From: Pristiophorus japonicus
Taxonomy: Eukaryota
NCBI RefSeq assembly: GCF_044704955.1
Contig: NC_091999.1
Location: 23,312,001-23,376,000, forward strand
Direction: 5' to 3'
DNA length: 64,000 bases
Shown: in pieces, positions 22,350-36,300 of the stretch
Layout of the letters: each line of letters opens with the position of its first letter
Position numbering within the stretch: the first letter of the stretch is position 1
Made by a program: the position numbers and the translations under genes
The notes under the pieces: model-generated
The model's input: the letters and a program-made list of their open reading frames with translations, nothing else
The model's database searches: none
What the model was told of the DNA's origin: nothing

Positions 22350-24050
22350 AGGACAGGAGTCCCCTGAGTGCATCTCGCTCACTAACCGGTTTTCAGTTCT
22401 GGATACTGATGAGGGCGATGATTTCTCTGGGGAGTACAGCCAGAAACATGTCCACGACACCGTGGGTGGCTCAGCTGCACAGGGCGGGGAGGAAGAAGAG
22501 TGGAAGAGCATTAGTGCTGGTGCATTTGATAGTTAGGGGAACAAAAAAGCGCTTCTGCAGGCACAGACATGATTCCAGGATGGTATGTTGCCTCCCTGGT
22601 GCCAGGGTCAAGGATGTCACTGAGCGGCTGCAGGACATTGTTGAGGGGGGAGGATGAACATCCAGATGTTGTGGTCCATATCGGGACCAATGACATCGGT
22701 AGAAAGAGGGATGAGATCCTGCAGGCAGATTTTAGGGAGCTAGGAAAGAGATTAAAAAACAGGACCTCAAAGGTAGTAATGTCCGGATTACTCCCGGTGC
22801 CACGTGCTGGTGAGTACAGAAATAAGAGGATGGAGCAGATGAATGTTTGGCTGGAGTTTGGTGCAGGAGGGAGGGCTTTAGAATCCTGAGGCATTGAGAG
22901 CGTTTCTGGGGGAGGTGGGACCAGTACAAGCCGGACAGGTTGCACCTCAACAGGACCGGACAATATCCTCACTGGGGCTTTTGCTAATGTTTGGAAGGCA
23001 GAGGAAACAAAGGCTAGAAAATAGACAATAAGGGAGTTTGGCAGGGCTAAATGCCAGTGCCAGTGTGTTTCAATGAGATCACCTCTCATTCATCTAAACT
23101 CCGGAAGAGTATAGCCCCTTCTACACAAACTCTCATCATAAGACAGTCCTCTCATCACAGGAATCAATCTAGAAATACTTCAATGCCAGTGCAAGGAGTC
23201 TGGGGATTGAGGCAGATAAGCTGAGGGCACAGACAGACATATGGGGGTATGATATTGTAACTATTCGTGAAACACGGCTAAAAGAATGCAGGAATGGCAG
23301 CTCAACATTCCTGGTCACAGGGTTTTAAGACAAGATAGAGACGGGATAAAAAAAAAGGCGGGCACATCGCAGTGTTTATTAAAGAAACAATTCCAGCTGT
23401 GGGGAGGGATGATATGTTTGAAGGATCATCAAATGAGGCCACATGGGAGAAGTGAAGAACAAAAAAAGGGCGATCACACTGCTGGGGATGTACTATAGAC
23501 CCCCAAACAGTCAGAGGGAGACAAAAGAGCAAATATGTCGGCACATTTCTGATACGTGCAAACATAATAGGGCAGTAATAGTCGGGGATTTCAACTACCC
23601 AAATATTAACTGTGATAGAATTAGTATGAATGATATAGAAGGAGCAGAATTCATAAAATGCATTCAGGAGAACATTTTTAGCCATTACGTAGCAAGCCCA
23701 ACAAGAGAGGGGGTGGTTTTGGACTTGGGTTTAATGAATGAAGCTTGGGCAGGTGGAAGGGGTGTCAGTGGGAGAGCATTTTGGTGCTGGTGATCACAAT
23801 TCAGTTAGATTCAGGGTCGTTATGGAAAAGGACAAAGATGGACCAGAAATAAAAGTTCTCAATTGGCATAAAGCTAATTTTACTAAGCAGAGATGTGATT
23901 TAACCAAAGTGGACTGGAAACAGCTACTTGAAGGTAAATTAGTATCAGAGCAGTAGGAGGCATTCAAGGAGGAGATAGCGAAGATTCAGAGCTAGTATGT
24001 TCCCTTAAGATAAAGGGTGGGACTAATAAATCTAGAGCCCCTTACATGTC
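22350..24050 (+). mobile_element. CR1 ORF1 esterase and APE endonuclease fragment
   Basis: RMVCCLPGARVKDV, VVVHIGTNDIG, YYRPPNS, VGDFN and GDHN motifs. Confidence 0.9.
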
Positions 24051-24059
24051 AATATTAGA

Positions 24060-25420
24060 ATATCAGAGATAGGAGCAGGAGTAGGTTATACGGCCTCTCG
24101 AGCCTGCTCCGATATTCAATAAGATCATTGCCCTCAACTCCACTTTCCCACCTGATCTCCATATCCCTTGATTCCTCGAGAGTCCAAAAATCTATCTATC
24201 TCAGCCTTGAATAGACTGAGCATCCACAGCCCTCCAAAGAATTCCATAGATTCACAAACCTCTGAGTGAAGACATTTCTCATCTCTGTCTTAAATGGCCT
24301 CCCCCTTATCTTGAGCCCCCGAGTTCTAGTCACTCCAGGCCGGGGGAATCGAGCTCTCAGCATCTACCCTGTCAATACCCTTCAGAATCTTGTATGTTTC
24401 AATGGGATCCCCTCTCATTCTTCTAAACTCCAGAGAGTATAGGTCCATTCTACACAATGTCTCATCGTAAGACAGCTCTCTCATCCCAGGAATCAATCTT
24501 GTGAACCTCCATTGCACCGTCTTCAAGGCAAGTGTATATTTCCTTAGATAAGGAGACCGAAACTGCCCAGTACTCCAGGTGTGGTCTCACCAAGGCCCTG
24601 TACAATTGTAGCAATAGATCCTTACTCTTATACTCCACCCCCTCACTGCTTGCTGTACCTGCATGCTCGCTTTCTATGTTTCTTGCACAAGGACACCCAA
24701 ATCTCTCTCAACACCAAGATTTAAAGTTTCTCACCATTTAAAAGATATTCTGTTTTTCTATTCTTCCTACCAAGGTGAATAACCTCACATTTCCGGACAT
24801 TATGCTCAATCTGCCACCTTACTGCCCATTCACATCGTCTGTCTATATATCTTTGCACTCTTGTGTTCTGCTCACAGCTTACTGTCTCACCTAGCTTTGT
24901 ATCGTCAGCAAATATTACACTCGGTCCCTTTATCTAGGTCATTAATATAGATTGTAAATAGCTGAGGACCCAGCACTGACCCTTGCTTCACGGTAGAAGA
25001 CACTAAAAACCTCTCCTTTTTTAAATAGGGGCGTTACATTTGCGGTTTTCCAATCTGGTGGGACTGCCCCAGAATCCAGGGAATTTTGGGAGATTAAAAC
25101 CAATGCATCCACTATCTCTGCAGCCATTTCTCTTAATACCCTGGGATGTAAGGCATCAGGTCCAGGGGACTTGTCCGCCTTTAGTCCCATTATTTTACCT
25201 AGTACCACTTCATTAGTGATAGTGATTGTATTAAGTTCCTCCCTACCTATAGCCCCTTGATTATCCACTTTTGGGATGTTTTTAGTGTCTTCTACCGTGA
25301 AGACCGATACAAAATATTTGTTCAACGTCTCTGCCATTTCCCTGTTCTCCATTATTAATTCCCCAGTCTCATCCTCCAGGGGACCAACATTTACTTTAGC
25401 CACTCTTTTCCTTTTTAACA
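24060..25420 (-). mobile_element. Rearranged CR1 ORF2 and 3' fragments
   Basis: ORFs 24326..24526 and 24942..25421 carry CR1 motifs; internal deletions. Confidence 0.88.
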
Positions 25421-25947
25421 CTCTTTAAAATGTGCCTCTTTGACCCCCGGTGTCAAATTCTATCTGATAATGCTCCTGTGAAGCACCAGGGGCCATTTTA
25501 CAGAGTTATTTCAAGGCTGAGATAGATACATTTTTGGTGTTTGGGGAATCGAGGGATATGGAGATCGGGCGGGAAAGTGGAGTTGAGGTTGGTGATCAGT
25601 CATGATGTTATTGAATGGTGGAGCAGGCTCGAGGGGCCGTATGGCCTACTCCTGCTCATAACTCTTATGTTCTTAAAGGTGCTATATAAATGAAAGTTGT
25701 TGTTGTTTATAAAGGAAGGATAAATGGTGGTGGGTCAGGGAGAGCATTTGATCAGAACTGGGAGATATGGCAGATGGACAGCTTATAGGGAGCGATAGAG
25801 TGAGCGAAAGGAGAGAGAGAGAGAGACCATGTACACAAGAAATGAACTGTAAAGTTGGGTGGGGAAGAGGAGGTGGGGAAGTGACAGCAGACAAAAGGAG
25901 GCACAATAGGAGAAGGGAGAGTAATAAAAGACATATAGAAAATAAAA

Positions 25948-26378
25948 ACACTTGCATTTATTTCGCACCTTTCACCACCACCAGATGCTCCAAAGCCCTT
26001 TACAGTCAATTAAGTTATTTTTGAAGCGTAGTCACTATCGTAATGTAGGAAACGCAGCAACCAATTTACAATGTGATAATGACCAGATAATCTGCTTCAC
26101 TGATGCTAAGGGAAAATATTGGCCAGGACATCGGGGATAACTCCCCTGTTCTGCTTGAAATATTGCAATGGGACCTTTTACGTCCACCTGAGGGAGCAGA
26201 CGGGGCCTCGGTTCAACATCTTATCCAAAGGACAGCACCTCCGACAGTACAGCAGTCCCTCAGCACTGCACTGGAGCATCAGCAGAGATTTCTGTGTTCA
26301 TGTCTCTGGAGTGCGACATCAACTCACAACCTTGTGACCCAGAGGCAAGTGTGTTGCGCACTGAGTCACAGCTGACAC
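25948..26378 (-). mobile_element. DeuSINE (SacSINE1-like), near full length
   Basis: tRNA-like head near 26310-26378, Deu-domain core and L2-type tail (...ataaatgcaag). Confidence 0.82.
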
Positions 26379-26513
26379 AAATACTGACATAGTTAGAGCA
26401 GGTTAGTTCAGTTGGAGATGTGAGATGATGCATTTATCAATGCTTAGATATTTTGTCTATTCCTCAAAATCAGTAACATTTTGGAATGTTCAGGTCAAGG
26501 TTCACAGATTAAC

Positions 26514-28410
26514 AATAAGAAATAGGAGCAGGAGTAGGCCATTGTATCCCTCGAGCCTGCTCTGCCATTCAATAAAATCATGGTTGATGTGATCTTGACC
26601 TCAACTCCACTTTCCTGCCTGCTCCCCATAACTCTTGACTCCCCTATTATGCAAAGATCTGTCTATCTCCGCTTTAAATATATTGACTGATTCAGCCTCC
26701 ACAGCTCTCTGGGGTAGAGAATTCCAAAGATTCACGACCCTCAGAGAAGAAATTCCTCCGCATCTCCGTTTTAAATGGGCGATCCCTTATTCTAAAACTA
26801 TGCACCCTAGTTCTAGATTCCCCCACGAGGTGAAACATCCTCTCTGCATCTACCCTGTCAAGCCCCCTCAGAATCTTACACGTTTCAATAAGTTCACCTC
26901 TCAATCTTCGAAACTGCAATGAGTACAATCCCAACATGCTCAATCTTACTTCATAAGACAACCCCTTCATCTCAGGAATCAACCTCGTGAGCTTCTCTGA
27001 ACTGCCTCCAATGCAAGTATATCCTCCTTAAATAAGGAGACCAAAACTGTACGCATACTCCAGGTGTGGTCTCACGATCACCCTGCACAGTTGTAGCAAG
27101 ACTTCTCTACTTTTATACTCCATTCCTCTTCAATAAAGGCCAACATTCCATTTGCCTTCCTGATTACTTGCTGTACCTGCATGCTAACTTTTTGTGTTTC
27201 ATGCACAAGGACCCCCAGATCCCCTCTGTCCCGCAGCATTTTGTAGTCGCCATTTAAATAATAATTTGCTTTTTTATTCTTCCAACCAAAGTGCATAACC
27301 TCACATTTTCCCTCATTATACTCCATCTGCCAAATTTTTGCCCACTCACTGAGCCTGTCCATAATCCTTTGCTGAATCTTTGTGTACTCCTCACAACTTG
27401 CTTTCCCACCTATCTTTGTATCAGCAGCATATTTGGCTGCAGTGCACTCCGTCCCTTCATCCAAGTCATTAATATAGGTTGTAATTAATTGAGGCCCCAG
27501 CACTGATCCCTGTGGCACCCCACTAGTTACAGTTTGCCAACCTGAAAATGACCCATTTTTCCGACTCTATGTTTTCTGTTAGTTAGCCAATCCAAAATTT
27601 ATGCTAATATATTACCCCCAACCCCGTGAGCTCTTATATTGTGCAGTAACCTTTTATCTGGCACCTTATCGAATGCCTTCTGGAAATGCAAATACACCAC
27701 TGCTACTGGTTCCTCTTCATCCACCGTGCTCGTTACATCCTCAAAGAACTCGAGCAAGTTTGTCAAACGTGATTTGCCTTTCATAAAACCATGCCGTCTC
27801 TGCTTGACTATTATGATTTTCTAAATGTCCTGCTACTATTTCCTTCATAATGGACTCCAGCATTTTCCCAATGATAGATGTTAGGCTAACTGTTCTATAG
27901 TTTCCTGCTTTCTGTCTCCCTCCCTCCCTTGTTGAATTGGGGTGTTGCATTTTAGGTTTCCCAATCCACTGGGACCTTGCCAGAATCCAGGGAATTTTGG
28001 TCGATTACAACCAATCCATCCACTTTCTCTGCAGCCACTTCTTTTAAGACCCCAGGATGCAGGCCATCAAGTCCAGGGGATGTCCAACTTTAGTCACAAT
28101 AGTTTGTCTGGTACTTTTTCTCTTGTGAAAGTGATTGTTTTAAGTTCCTCGCTCCCTGTGACCCCTTGATTATCTATTATTATTGGGATGCTTTTAGTGT
28201 CTTCCACCGTGAAGACCATACAAAATATTTGTTTAAAGTCTCCGTCATTTCCCTGTTTCTCATTATTAATTCCCCGTCTCATCCTCCAAGGGACTAAAGT
28301 TTAGTTTACCTATCTCTTCCTTTTTATATATCTGTAGAAGCTTTGACTGTATTTATATTTCTTGCCAGTTTACTCAAAATCTACCTTCTCCCTCTTTATC
28401 ATTTTTATTA
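26514..28410 (-). mobile_element. 5'-truncated CR1 LINE
   Basis: RT motifs in ORFs 27078..27518 and 27599..27784; 3' hairpin and tail near 26514-26560. Confidence 0.92.
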
Positions 28411-28518
28411 AGACAATAGTTAAAACCACACCGCAGAAGGAAAGAATGTTCCATAGAAACTAGAATTGTCTCTTCTGAATTTCGATTCTGTACTTACTTT
28501 TGTAAACTCCTTTTGCAG

Positions 28519-29300
28519 GGTGTTAGAAGGGGAGGATTTGAAGGAGGGAAACTCAAACTAAACGTCACGTCAAGATCAGATAGAGTCACTCGATTCATCA
28601 GGACTTGAATATCATCAGCCTTTAAATGTGGAAGTAGAAATGTTTTTTTGTTTTGTCTGTGGGTAAAGATTACAAACATCAATGTGACTAAAATTGCAGA
28701 GACCCACACACCCGAGTGAGAGTGTATCAGTGCACTGATTGTGGAAAGAGCTTTAACCAGTTACACAGCCTGAAAAACCATTGCACCATTCACAGCGGGG
28801 AGAAACAGTAAACGTGTTGTGTGTGGAGGAGGCTTCAACTGATCGTCCAACCTGGAGAGACGGAAGCACACCCGCACCACGGAGAAACCGTGGAAATGTG
28901 GGGACTGTGGGAAGGGATTCAGCTGCCCGTATGCGCTGCAAGTTCATCAACACAGTCACACTGGGGAGAGGCCGTTCACCTGCCCAATGTGGGGGAAGCC
29001 ATTCATTCAGTCATCCAGCCTGGTGAAACACCAGCTTGTTCACACTGGGGAGAGGCCTTTCACCTGCTTTGAATGTGGTAGGGATTCACTCAGTCATCCA
29101 TCCTGCTGATACACTAGCGAGTTCACATTGGGGAGAGGCCATTCACCTGCTCTGAGTGTGGGAAGGGATTCAGTGTGTCATCCCACCTGCTGACAAACCA
29201 GCGGGTTCACACTGGCGAGATGCCGTTCACCTGCTCGGAGTGTGCGAAGCGATTCACTGTGTCATCCCACCTGCTGAGACACCTGCAAGTTCACAAGTGA
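28519..29300 (+). pseudogene. C2H2 zinc-finger pseudogene C
   Basis: Acceptor ttttgcAG at 28518; leader VLEGEDL...SSGLEYHQ; [13 protein letters not shown] followed by HTGERPFTC fingers; stops and frameshift; ends HK-TGA at 29300. Confidence 0.9.
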
Positions 29301-32300
29301 CTGCAGGGGTTGGATTCTGCTATCATTGCAGCTGTTAATCACATCCCGACTGAATCGTGTCCATTACGACAGTTGAAGTTAGTTTCTGATGATAATAACC
29401 CTATAATTGGGCTGGAATATAATATTTTGATGTTTCAGTAACAGAGTGTGTCGATATTTAATGTTCCAAGATAAGAGGAGACTAATTGATGTCCTGTTAC
29501 TGACTGCACCATTTCGGCGCCTTTTCTCCTTTCTAACTCTGGATTATTTCAGTTCTCATACCTTCGGTTACTCTCGTGGACAAATGCCAGTTCCCCTTCC
29601 CTTCCAGAGTGCCTCTCCTAGCCTTGGCATTGAGGAAAGGTGTCGGTAACATGCCTGGGATCACTGAACACAAAACCCAGTCTGTGAATCACTTTCAGAT
29701 ACTGGACTTAGTGTCTGTCCAACAGCATCTCTCTCACCTTCGATGTGTGAATGGAGCATCACGCCTGCAAACCTGGGTTCAATTTAAATTTGAATCCACT
29801 CAGGAAATGTATTTAAGAGAATACAGATCACATCAAATAATTGCCAACGGTTTCGAGTCAACAAGATGAACAAGTAAATACATCCCTGCCCAATATTCCA
29901 GCTCCACATTCACAGGAGAAAGTCTGTTATCAAACTCCTCGAGTAGACAGAATAGAGAACGATGCTGACTCTAAGAATATCTACCATCTGTTGCAAATAT
30001 ATTTCAAATCCTGACTGATACAACCTGGCATTTTCCTTTCAGTTGAAGTGCATGGAAGATGAGAGGGGACTTGGCATAGGGAACTTGGTTAATTCAGCTT
30101 CTGAAAGGTGTTCATGTTTAGTTCATTCCATATCGGGGAAAATATGGTTGTTATCATTAGAGAGAGATTTCACTGAGCAACAGTTGGTGTTTGCACCCAA
30201 CTGGCTGTGGATATTTTCATCATAGAATGTTTAGATTAGAAATATTATAGCACCAGATAAGCAGTGTTATACTCTGAAAGGAGCAACATGGCTGTAGCAT
30301 TGACGGGGAAGGAGGTGATCTGTATAAAGAATTCGAAGGGGTAAGCTGCAGGACAAGTTATAACGAACCACAGAAGGCTGAAAACCAAGGGTGGGATAGG
30401 TGTATTGCTTGAAAAAGAAGGAATACAACTAAAGGGAGAGTGTACCCCAGCGTTCGTTAGAGGAAATATACGGCGTATGACTTGAAGTGTGACATAGTAA
30501 TAACACAGTGAAGCTGGTATTGATCGTTGTGTAGTGTAAGCAAGAAGGAATTCAAGCTAAAAAGTGGGGTGGGACCCCAGGATCCTAGGAAAACTGGCCA
30601 GTGGGATAAAATGCAAGCTAAAATAAATGGAAAATTGTTAAACGAAAAGAAAAATGTTGGAAAAGCAAATTGAATTTACAAAGGACAGTTAGTTTTTACC
30701 AAAAGATACAAATGCGAACTTGAAAGCTGCAGCAGCTTGAAAGAGAAACAAAGATGTTGAGGAAAATGGACTGGAGGAAGATCATCAAATTACAAAAACG
30801 AATTTGAAGAAATGGGATTTAAATTGGCTGTGAAAAAGATATTGGTTTAAATATAAAAACTTACGAGTTAAACCCGACAAAGCTTTGTGCTGAGAAAGAG
30901 AAACAACGATGTCTAACTATGGACTGGAGTAAGGTCATCAAAAAATGATTAAGTTCCGATTCAAAAGGGGGAAAAGTAGTAAGCTAGGCGAACTCAGCAC
31001 AGAAAGAAAAAACTGGGAGTTACAGAATTCTTAAAAAAGATGGACCGGCTACGAAGATTAGATTTTGTGCCGAGAGAAATAAAACACAAGATTTGCTCAG
31101 TGAACGGGATCGTAAAAAAACCAAACTGCTGGAATGTATGTAGATTGCGTGGAAATTGGATTTCTGTAAACAGAATAGCTATTAAAAATGTGTGGTCTCG
31201 CTTTAAATCAATGAAAAACTCGTTGGCAAGTATTTGAATTGGATGTGTAGAGAAATTGGAGTTTAATCTAAAATGCTGCCTTTCCTGATGAAAAGGTTTT
31301 ATTATGACAACTTTACTAATAATTTCTGCTATTTTAACGGATTCCTAATTTCTTATCAAGTTTTGAAAGCACAAAGACTTGGGGAAATATTTTCAGATGA
31401 ATACCCGAAGTCACGTAATTACGTCAGACCTTCTTACAAACCTGTAGTGGAATTAACCCATTCCATTGACAGCTGTTTTATTTATACTGGACATTATCAG
31501 TTTGGATTTCTTAATAAAAGAAAGAAGACTCACCCGACAGACAGAGGACATGGTGGGATAGTCAGAATAAAAATAAAATGAAGAAAGGCGATGCAATAAT
31601 ACTTGCCTGCTACAGAGGAGAGATAGATACTCAAACAAAACAAAAGTTAGCAGCCCGTCTGCCTGTGGACTGCAAATTTACAGAGCGACCTTCCTCACCC
31701 CGACCCTTTCGGCCCAGCAGACCATGCTAGAGTTTACTCCATCATCATGTCCTGATCTTAAACGGAGTGCACAAAGAGAGTGGTCAACATGGGAACGTAG
31801 GGAAAGTGAGATTCGGTGGTAAGTCCGTGGTGAGTCTAGCTGAGTATTAGCTGTAAGAAGGGAAATTTAGATTAACGTTTTGAATTGAACTTAGAACTTT
31901 AAATACAGAAATTAGCAGAAACTGCCTGTTAGTAGTAGTTAACCACCAGTCAGCTGTAAGTGTTAGTCTGAAATATGTGCTAATTACTGCCAGCAATGGG
32001 CATGGAGCTGAGACAGCACTTGTAATTTGTGTGTGGCTCCAAAGATATAAAACTAAACACTGACTTGTGATTCTCAGTGTGTTCTGCACAGTGATATTAA
32101 ACGGAATTTGGTGAGAGTTTGAATGGGAACAGTGGTTGAAGGAGGTGCTGCTTTGGCCTCCAAATTACAGCCGGTCGATGAACGTTTGGTGAGTATTACC
32201 TTTTTTCTCGAAGCTTGGTCTACACTAAGACCTGGGAGAAATAACAATACTTTATTAAATTAATAATTTAACTATAATTACTAATTAATTAATATCATTA

Positions 32301-32384
32301 TAAATAACCATTGAATAAAAACTAAGTAATTAAATTAATTCAGTGTGTAAATAAGCAAATAAATTTATAAAAAAATAACTAAAG

Positions 32385-33320
32385 ATGGCACGGTAGGCAA
32401 TGAGTCGAGACTGTAGTGTGTATGAGTTTGTGGACATCAAATCTGTCCCACTTTCCCACATCTGCAGGAAATGTCTCTGCTTTATTCACTCTGGCTCAGC
32501 GCAATTGGGCTGGAGTGCGAGTTTGACACACTCTGAAACACACAGGATAAGTGATATAATCCAGAAAACAGTCACATCCCACAGAAAAACGCAGGTTCAG
32601 GAAAGTCCGTGGTTGATTGGGTGCCGTGTAGCGATAACTGAGGAGAGGCTGAGAATGAGATACTGCTCCTGCCCAACGATAAGGATAAAGATTGCATGGA
32701 GGACATCCACAATACATACCAAGGTACGTCGCTCATAAGGTTGTCCACAGGCAGAGATAGGAAGAAATATTAAACAATTACATTGCATTAGTATTTATCA
32801 GGGAGTCAACACAGGTGGACATGACATTGGATGATATTAGAAATGAAATAAATGCATTTAAAATAACAAGAGGGAAAATATTATATAAACTAATCAAACC
32901 GAAATTGGATAAAATGCCGGCTTCGGACAAATTACATCGAGGGAAGAGATAGCAGAGGCATTAATAAACATATTTAATACTTCGTTAGAATAAAGTGCAG
33001 TGCCGGAGGATTGGCAGATACCTAATGTAATACCTATTTTTAAGAAGGGAGGTAGAACGTGTCTGAGGAACTATAGTCCAGTCAACTTAACATCGTTGGG
33101 AGGAAAAATAATGGATTCCCTACTAAAGGAGAAGGTGGAAGAACAACTAGAAACCAAAAATGAATAGTCAGCATGGATTATAAAAGGGAAAGTCTTGAAT
33201 TGACCAAATTCTTTGAATTTTTCGAAGAAGTAACAGATAGCGTAAACTAACGTAATGTAGTAGATGTAATTTATCTAGATTTCCAAAAGCCTTCGATAAG
33301 ATACCCCATAATAGATTGAA
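32385..33320 (+). mobile_element. Old CR1 pieces (ORF1 N-terminal Zn finger, RT fragment)
   Basis: ..DCSVYEF...HICRKC; RT-like DW..PNVIPIFKKG and V.YLDFQK at 32900-33320. Confidence 0.75.
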
Positions 33321-33336
33321 AGGGCAGAACAAAAAT

Positions 33337-36300
33337 TGTAATTACAATTAATAATAATAATTGGGATGTTTTAAAATGGAGTTAGCTGATTTTTAAAATG
33401 TATCCCACAGCCTGTTTTTCAATCAATGGGAAGCATGTGTGGGATGCCTTCCGCAGAGGGTCAGATGTTCCAATGCGTAGACCAAAGGCCTTGGGAGCTG
33501 GGCACAGACACAGATAACATCGAATTTGAATTCTGTAATACGATACAAGTTAAATAAAAAGAATCATAACAACACGTATCCTGAATTACTAATTAAACAT
33601 ACAGAGGCCAGATTGGAGGAAGCAACCTACCAGATAATCATGTATTAATCAATCAGCACGTATTAATTGTAACTTGCGTAATTAAGTAAGACTATAATCT
33701 GAAACTTTATAAAATAAGATGTCTCTGGCAGTTTCTCTGAGCATTCCTTCAAGGGTAGCTCACCTGCCAGCTTGTATCTCCGAGTGGTGGTTTGAAGTTA
33801 ACTCTAACAACGTGGCGCAGTCAACAGGATCTACTCGACGGGCAGATTAGACTCAAAAAGCCAAACCAACCGAATAACGAGTGAGTAGAGAATTACCTTG
33901 AGAAATTCTCCTCGCAAAGTAACCAGATATCCAACGAATCTGAGGAAGAGCCAGAAAATCCAGTTGAGGGGCGCGTCAGGACAATGTAAATAAGTACTGT
34001 AAGTGTTGGGACAATAAGTACGCATACGGGATATCGGGGAAAAAGCCTCAGTGTAAATATTTCCGCATAATTAAAGGTGGAAAAACAGCACTAGTTAAAA
34101 AGCATTGGTGTAAAAAGTTCTGCTTAAGTAAAGATGGTAAAACAGGAACTGGGGAAAAAGCCCCAATGTCTGAAATGGCAAAGGAATCTGCCAAGGCACT
34201 TGGAGGGCTTCGGTATAAACTACCAGAAGAGTTTCTGAGAGATACATCTGAAAAGGTCATGGAGATGGTTAAGGCAGGATATGATGAAGGGAAAAAGATA
34301 ATTTTAACAGCCGGAAAGATGAACAGAAAGATACCCGAAGGTGAGATGGACAGAGAAAGTGACAAAAGACAACAGGATGTAAGTATAAAAATAGATATAG
34401 ATGACAGAAGGGAATGGACAGAGGAATTTGGCCCAAATTTGTATCCCACACTAACAGGGTTATGATTAGGACTGAGGAAAATAAAGGATTGATTGGGGGC
34501 CAGAAGGCTCGCTTAGTAGATATTTTTCGTAAGTCCATAACACAAAATGTTAGTGACTATCTTAAGTGAAGTATGGATCCAAAAATAGAGCCGGCCAAAC
34601 AATAAGCTTTGTTGAATGAAGAGAGACTTTTGTGAATGTCTGTCTTTGAATGAAAGTGCTTGTGTGATTTTTGGCTGCGAAATATTTGAGGTGGGAATTA
34701 ATGAATTTTTCAGGTGTCTGAAAGCCTGCTTCAGAAAGTGGTAGAGCTGTCTGTTGTTATGGCTCCACCCACTTTTTCAGAAAGAGTGATTTGTTTTAAC
34801 CCTTTGCAGTGTTGTCCTGTATGAAGGAAGTTTTAAGAAAGTGTGAATCTAGATTTGAATTACATTTTAATTTAGAAACCCAGGTGTGGATTTATTCAGA
34901 TGATATGTTATGGAGCTAGGAAATGCACAAAGGATAGGTTTGTTGAGCAAAAGATAAAAAATGTGTGGTCCCGATGGTTTAAAAAAAACATTTCGACACG
35001 CTCACTTGTCAAAAGAAAACATGTAATCATTGATTACATTTGTTTGAAAGACTATACATTTAGTCTAGGAATGAGATAAAGAACGGAGAAGGGAAATTGT
35101 AATGCCTTAAAAAAAGAATCCTGCGTGGGTGACTCAAGGCTGCGGTCTTGGGAAGTACGCCCCCATATTTCTTTGTGTAAAATCTTGATGCGAAAGCTTC
35201 GAGCTCAGTAAAAATATTTTTAAATAAAAGATTGGCATATTTGAATTGGGATTTTGAGATATTTGTGGTGATTCTCCTTGATAAACATTTTGGTTGTATT
35301 GGAAAATCTTGGGTTTGGAAGACTTTTAATAAAAGTAAACATACTGCGTCAGAAGCTGAAGCTTTAAATGATTACATTTATGAGATACTGTATCACAAAA
35401 TTGCAGTTACAGCGCAAAAGATTCGAGTTTTTGATGTTCAGCTTCTAAAGCAGAAGTGAGGCACATAATTATAAAACAAGTAATTTGCATTCTGTGATCT
35501 GTGAATCACTATAAGCATAAATGATAAGTCCGATTAAAAAACAGTATTATCATATTTGACATTTCATAATCCAACAATAAATACAAATACCACAAAAAGG
35601 GAGCAGAAATTAGGATGGAAGCAGTGAAGAGTAAATTTTGTTGTGAAGATTTCAAGTACAACTATTTAAGAAAATACGCAACAAAATTAGATACATTTAA
35701 ATTAAAAAGTTAAATCTGATCTCTTAAAAAAAAGAAATAAAAATATAATGTTTGGAAACAATGTAGAAATACCTTCAGGGATCAGGTCAAACTCCTGGGC
35801 AAGTGGGGAGCTATCTGCGAAATTGCAAAAGGAATTTTGAAAAAAATTAAATATTAAAATGGCAGGCTTTAGCAGTTTAGAACAAAGGAAAATATAAGTT
35901 GAACTTGTGACTTCAGATACGGTGGTTGAAGAACCATAGAAACTGAGACGTAAAGGCTTTGAAACTGGAACATTTGAGACAACAGAAAGCAGTTATCAAA
36001 GCCTTCGTGCTAGACTCTCTTCTAGTAATGAAAAATACATTTGAGATAATGGAAAGCAGGATGTAAACTAAATCCCAAAAAGGCACAAATCGGACAATTT
36101 GTGGTACAGTACCTGGGACACGAAATATCCCAAGGAAATCGGACCATGTCCAATGTCGGGAAGGAGGGCATTAGGATTATGCCCCGACCAAAACCAGTCT
36201 GAGGGGTTTGTAAGGTACTGGGGTTCTTTAGCTATTGTAGGAATTTTGTGCATAACCACAGCAATTGCAGAACCAATACAATGGCTAGTGAAAGGAAAAT

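Noticed and set aside
28519-28860. Shared TGA codons in ZNF leaders as selenocysteine or readthrough
   Set aside because: CGA-to-TGA CpG decay explains them, other stops (TAA) co-occur, and no SECIS is evident.
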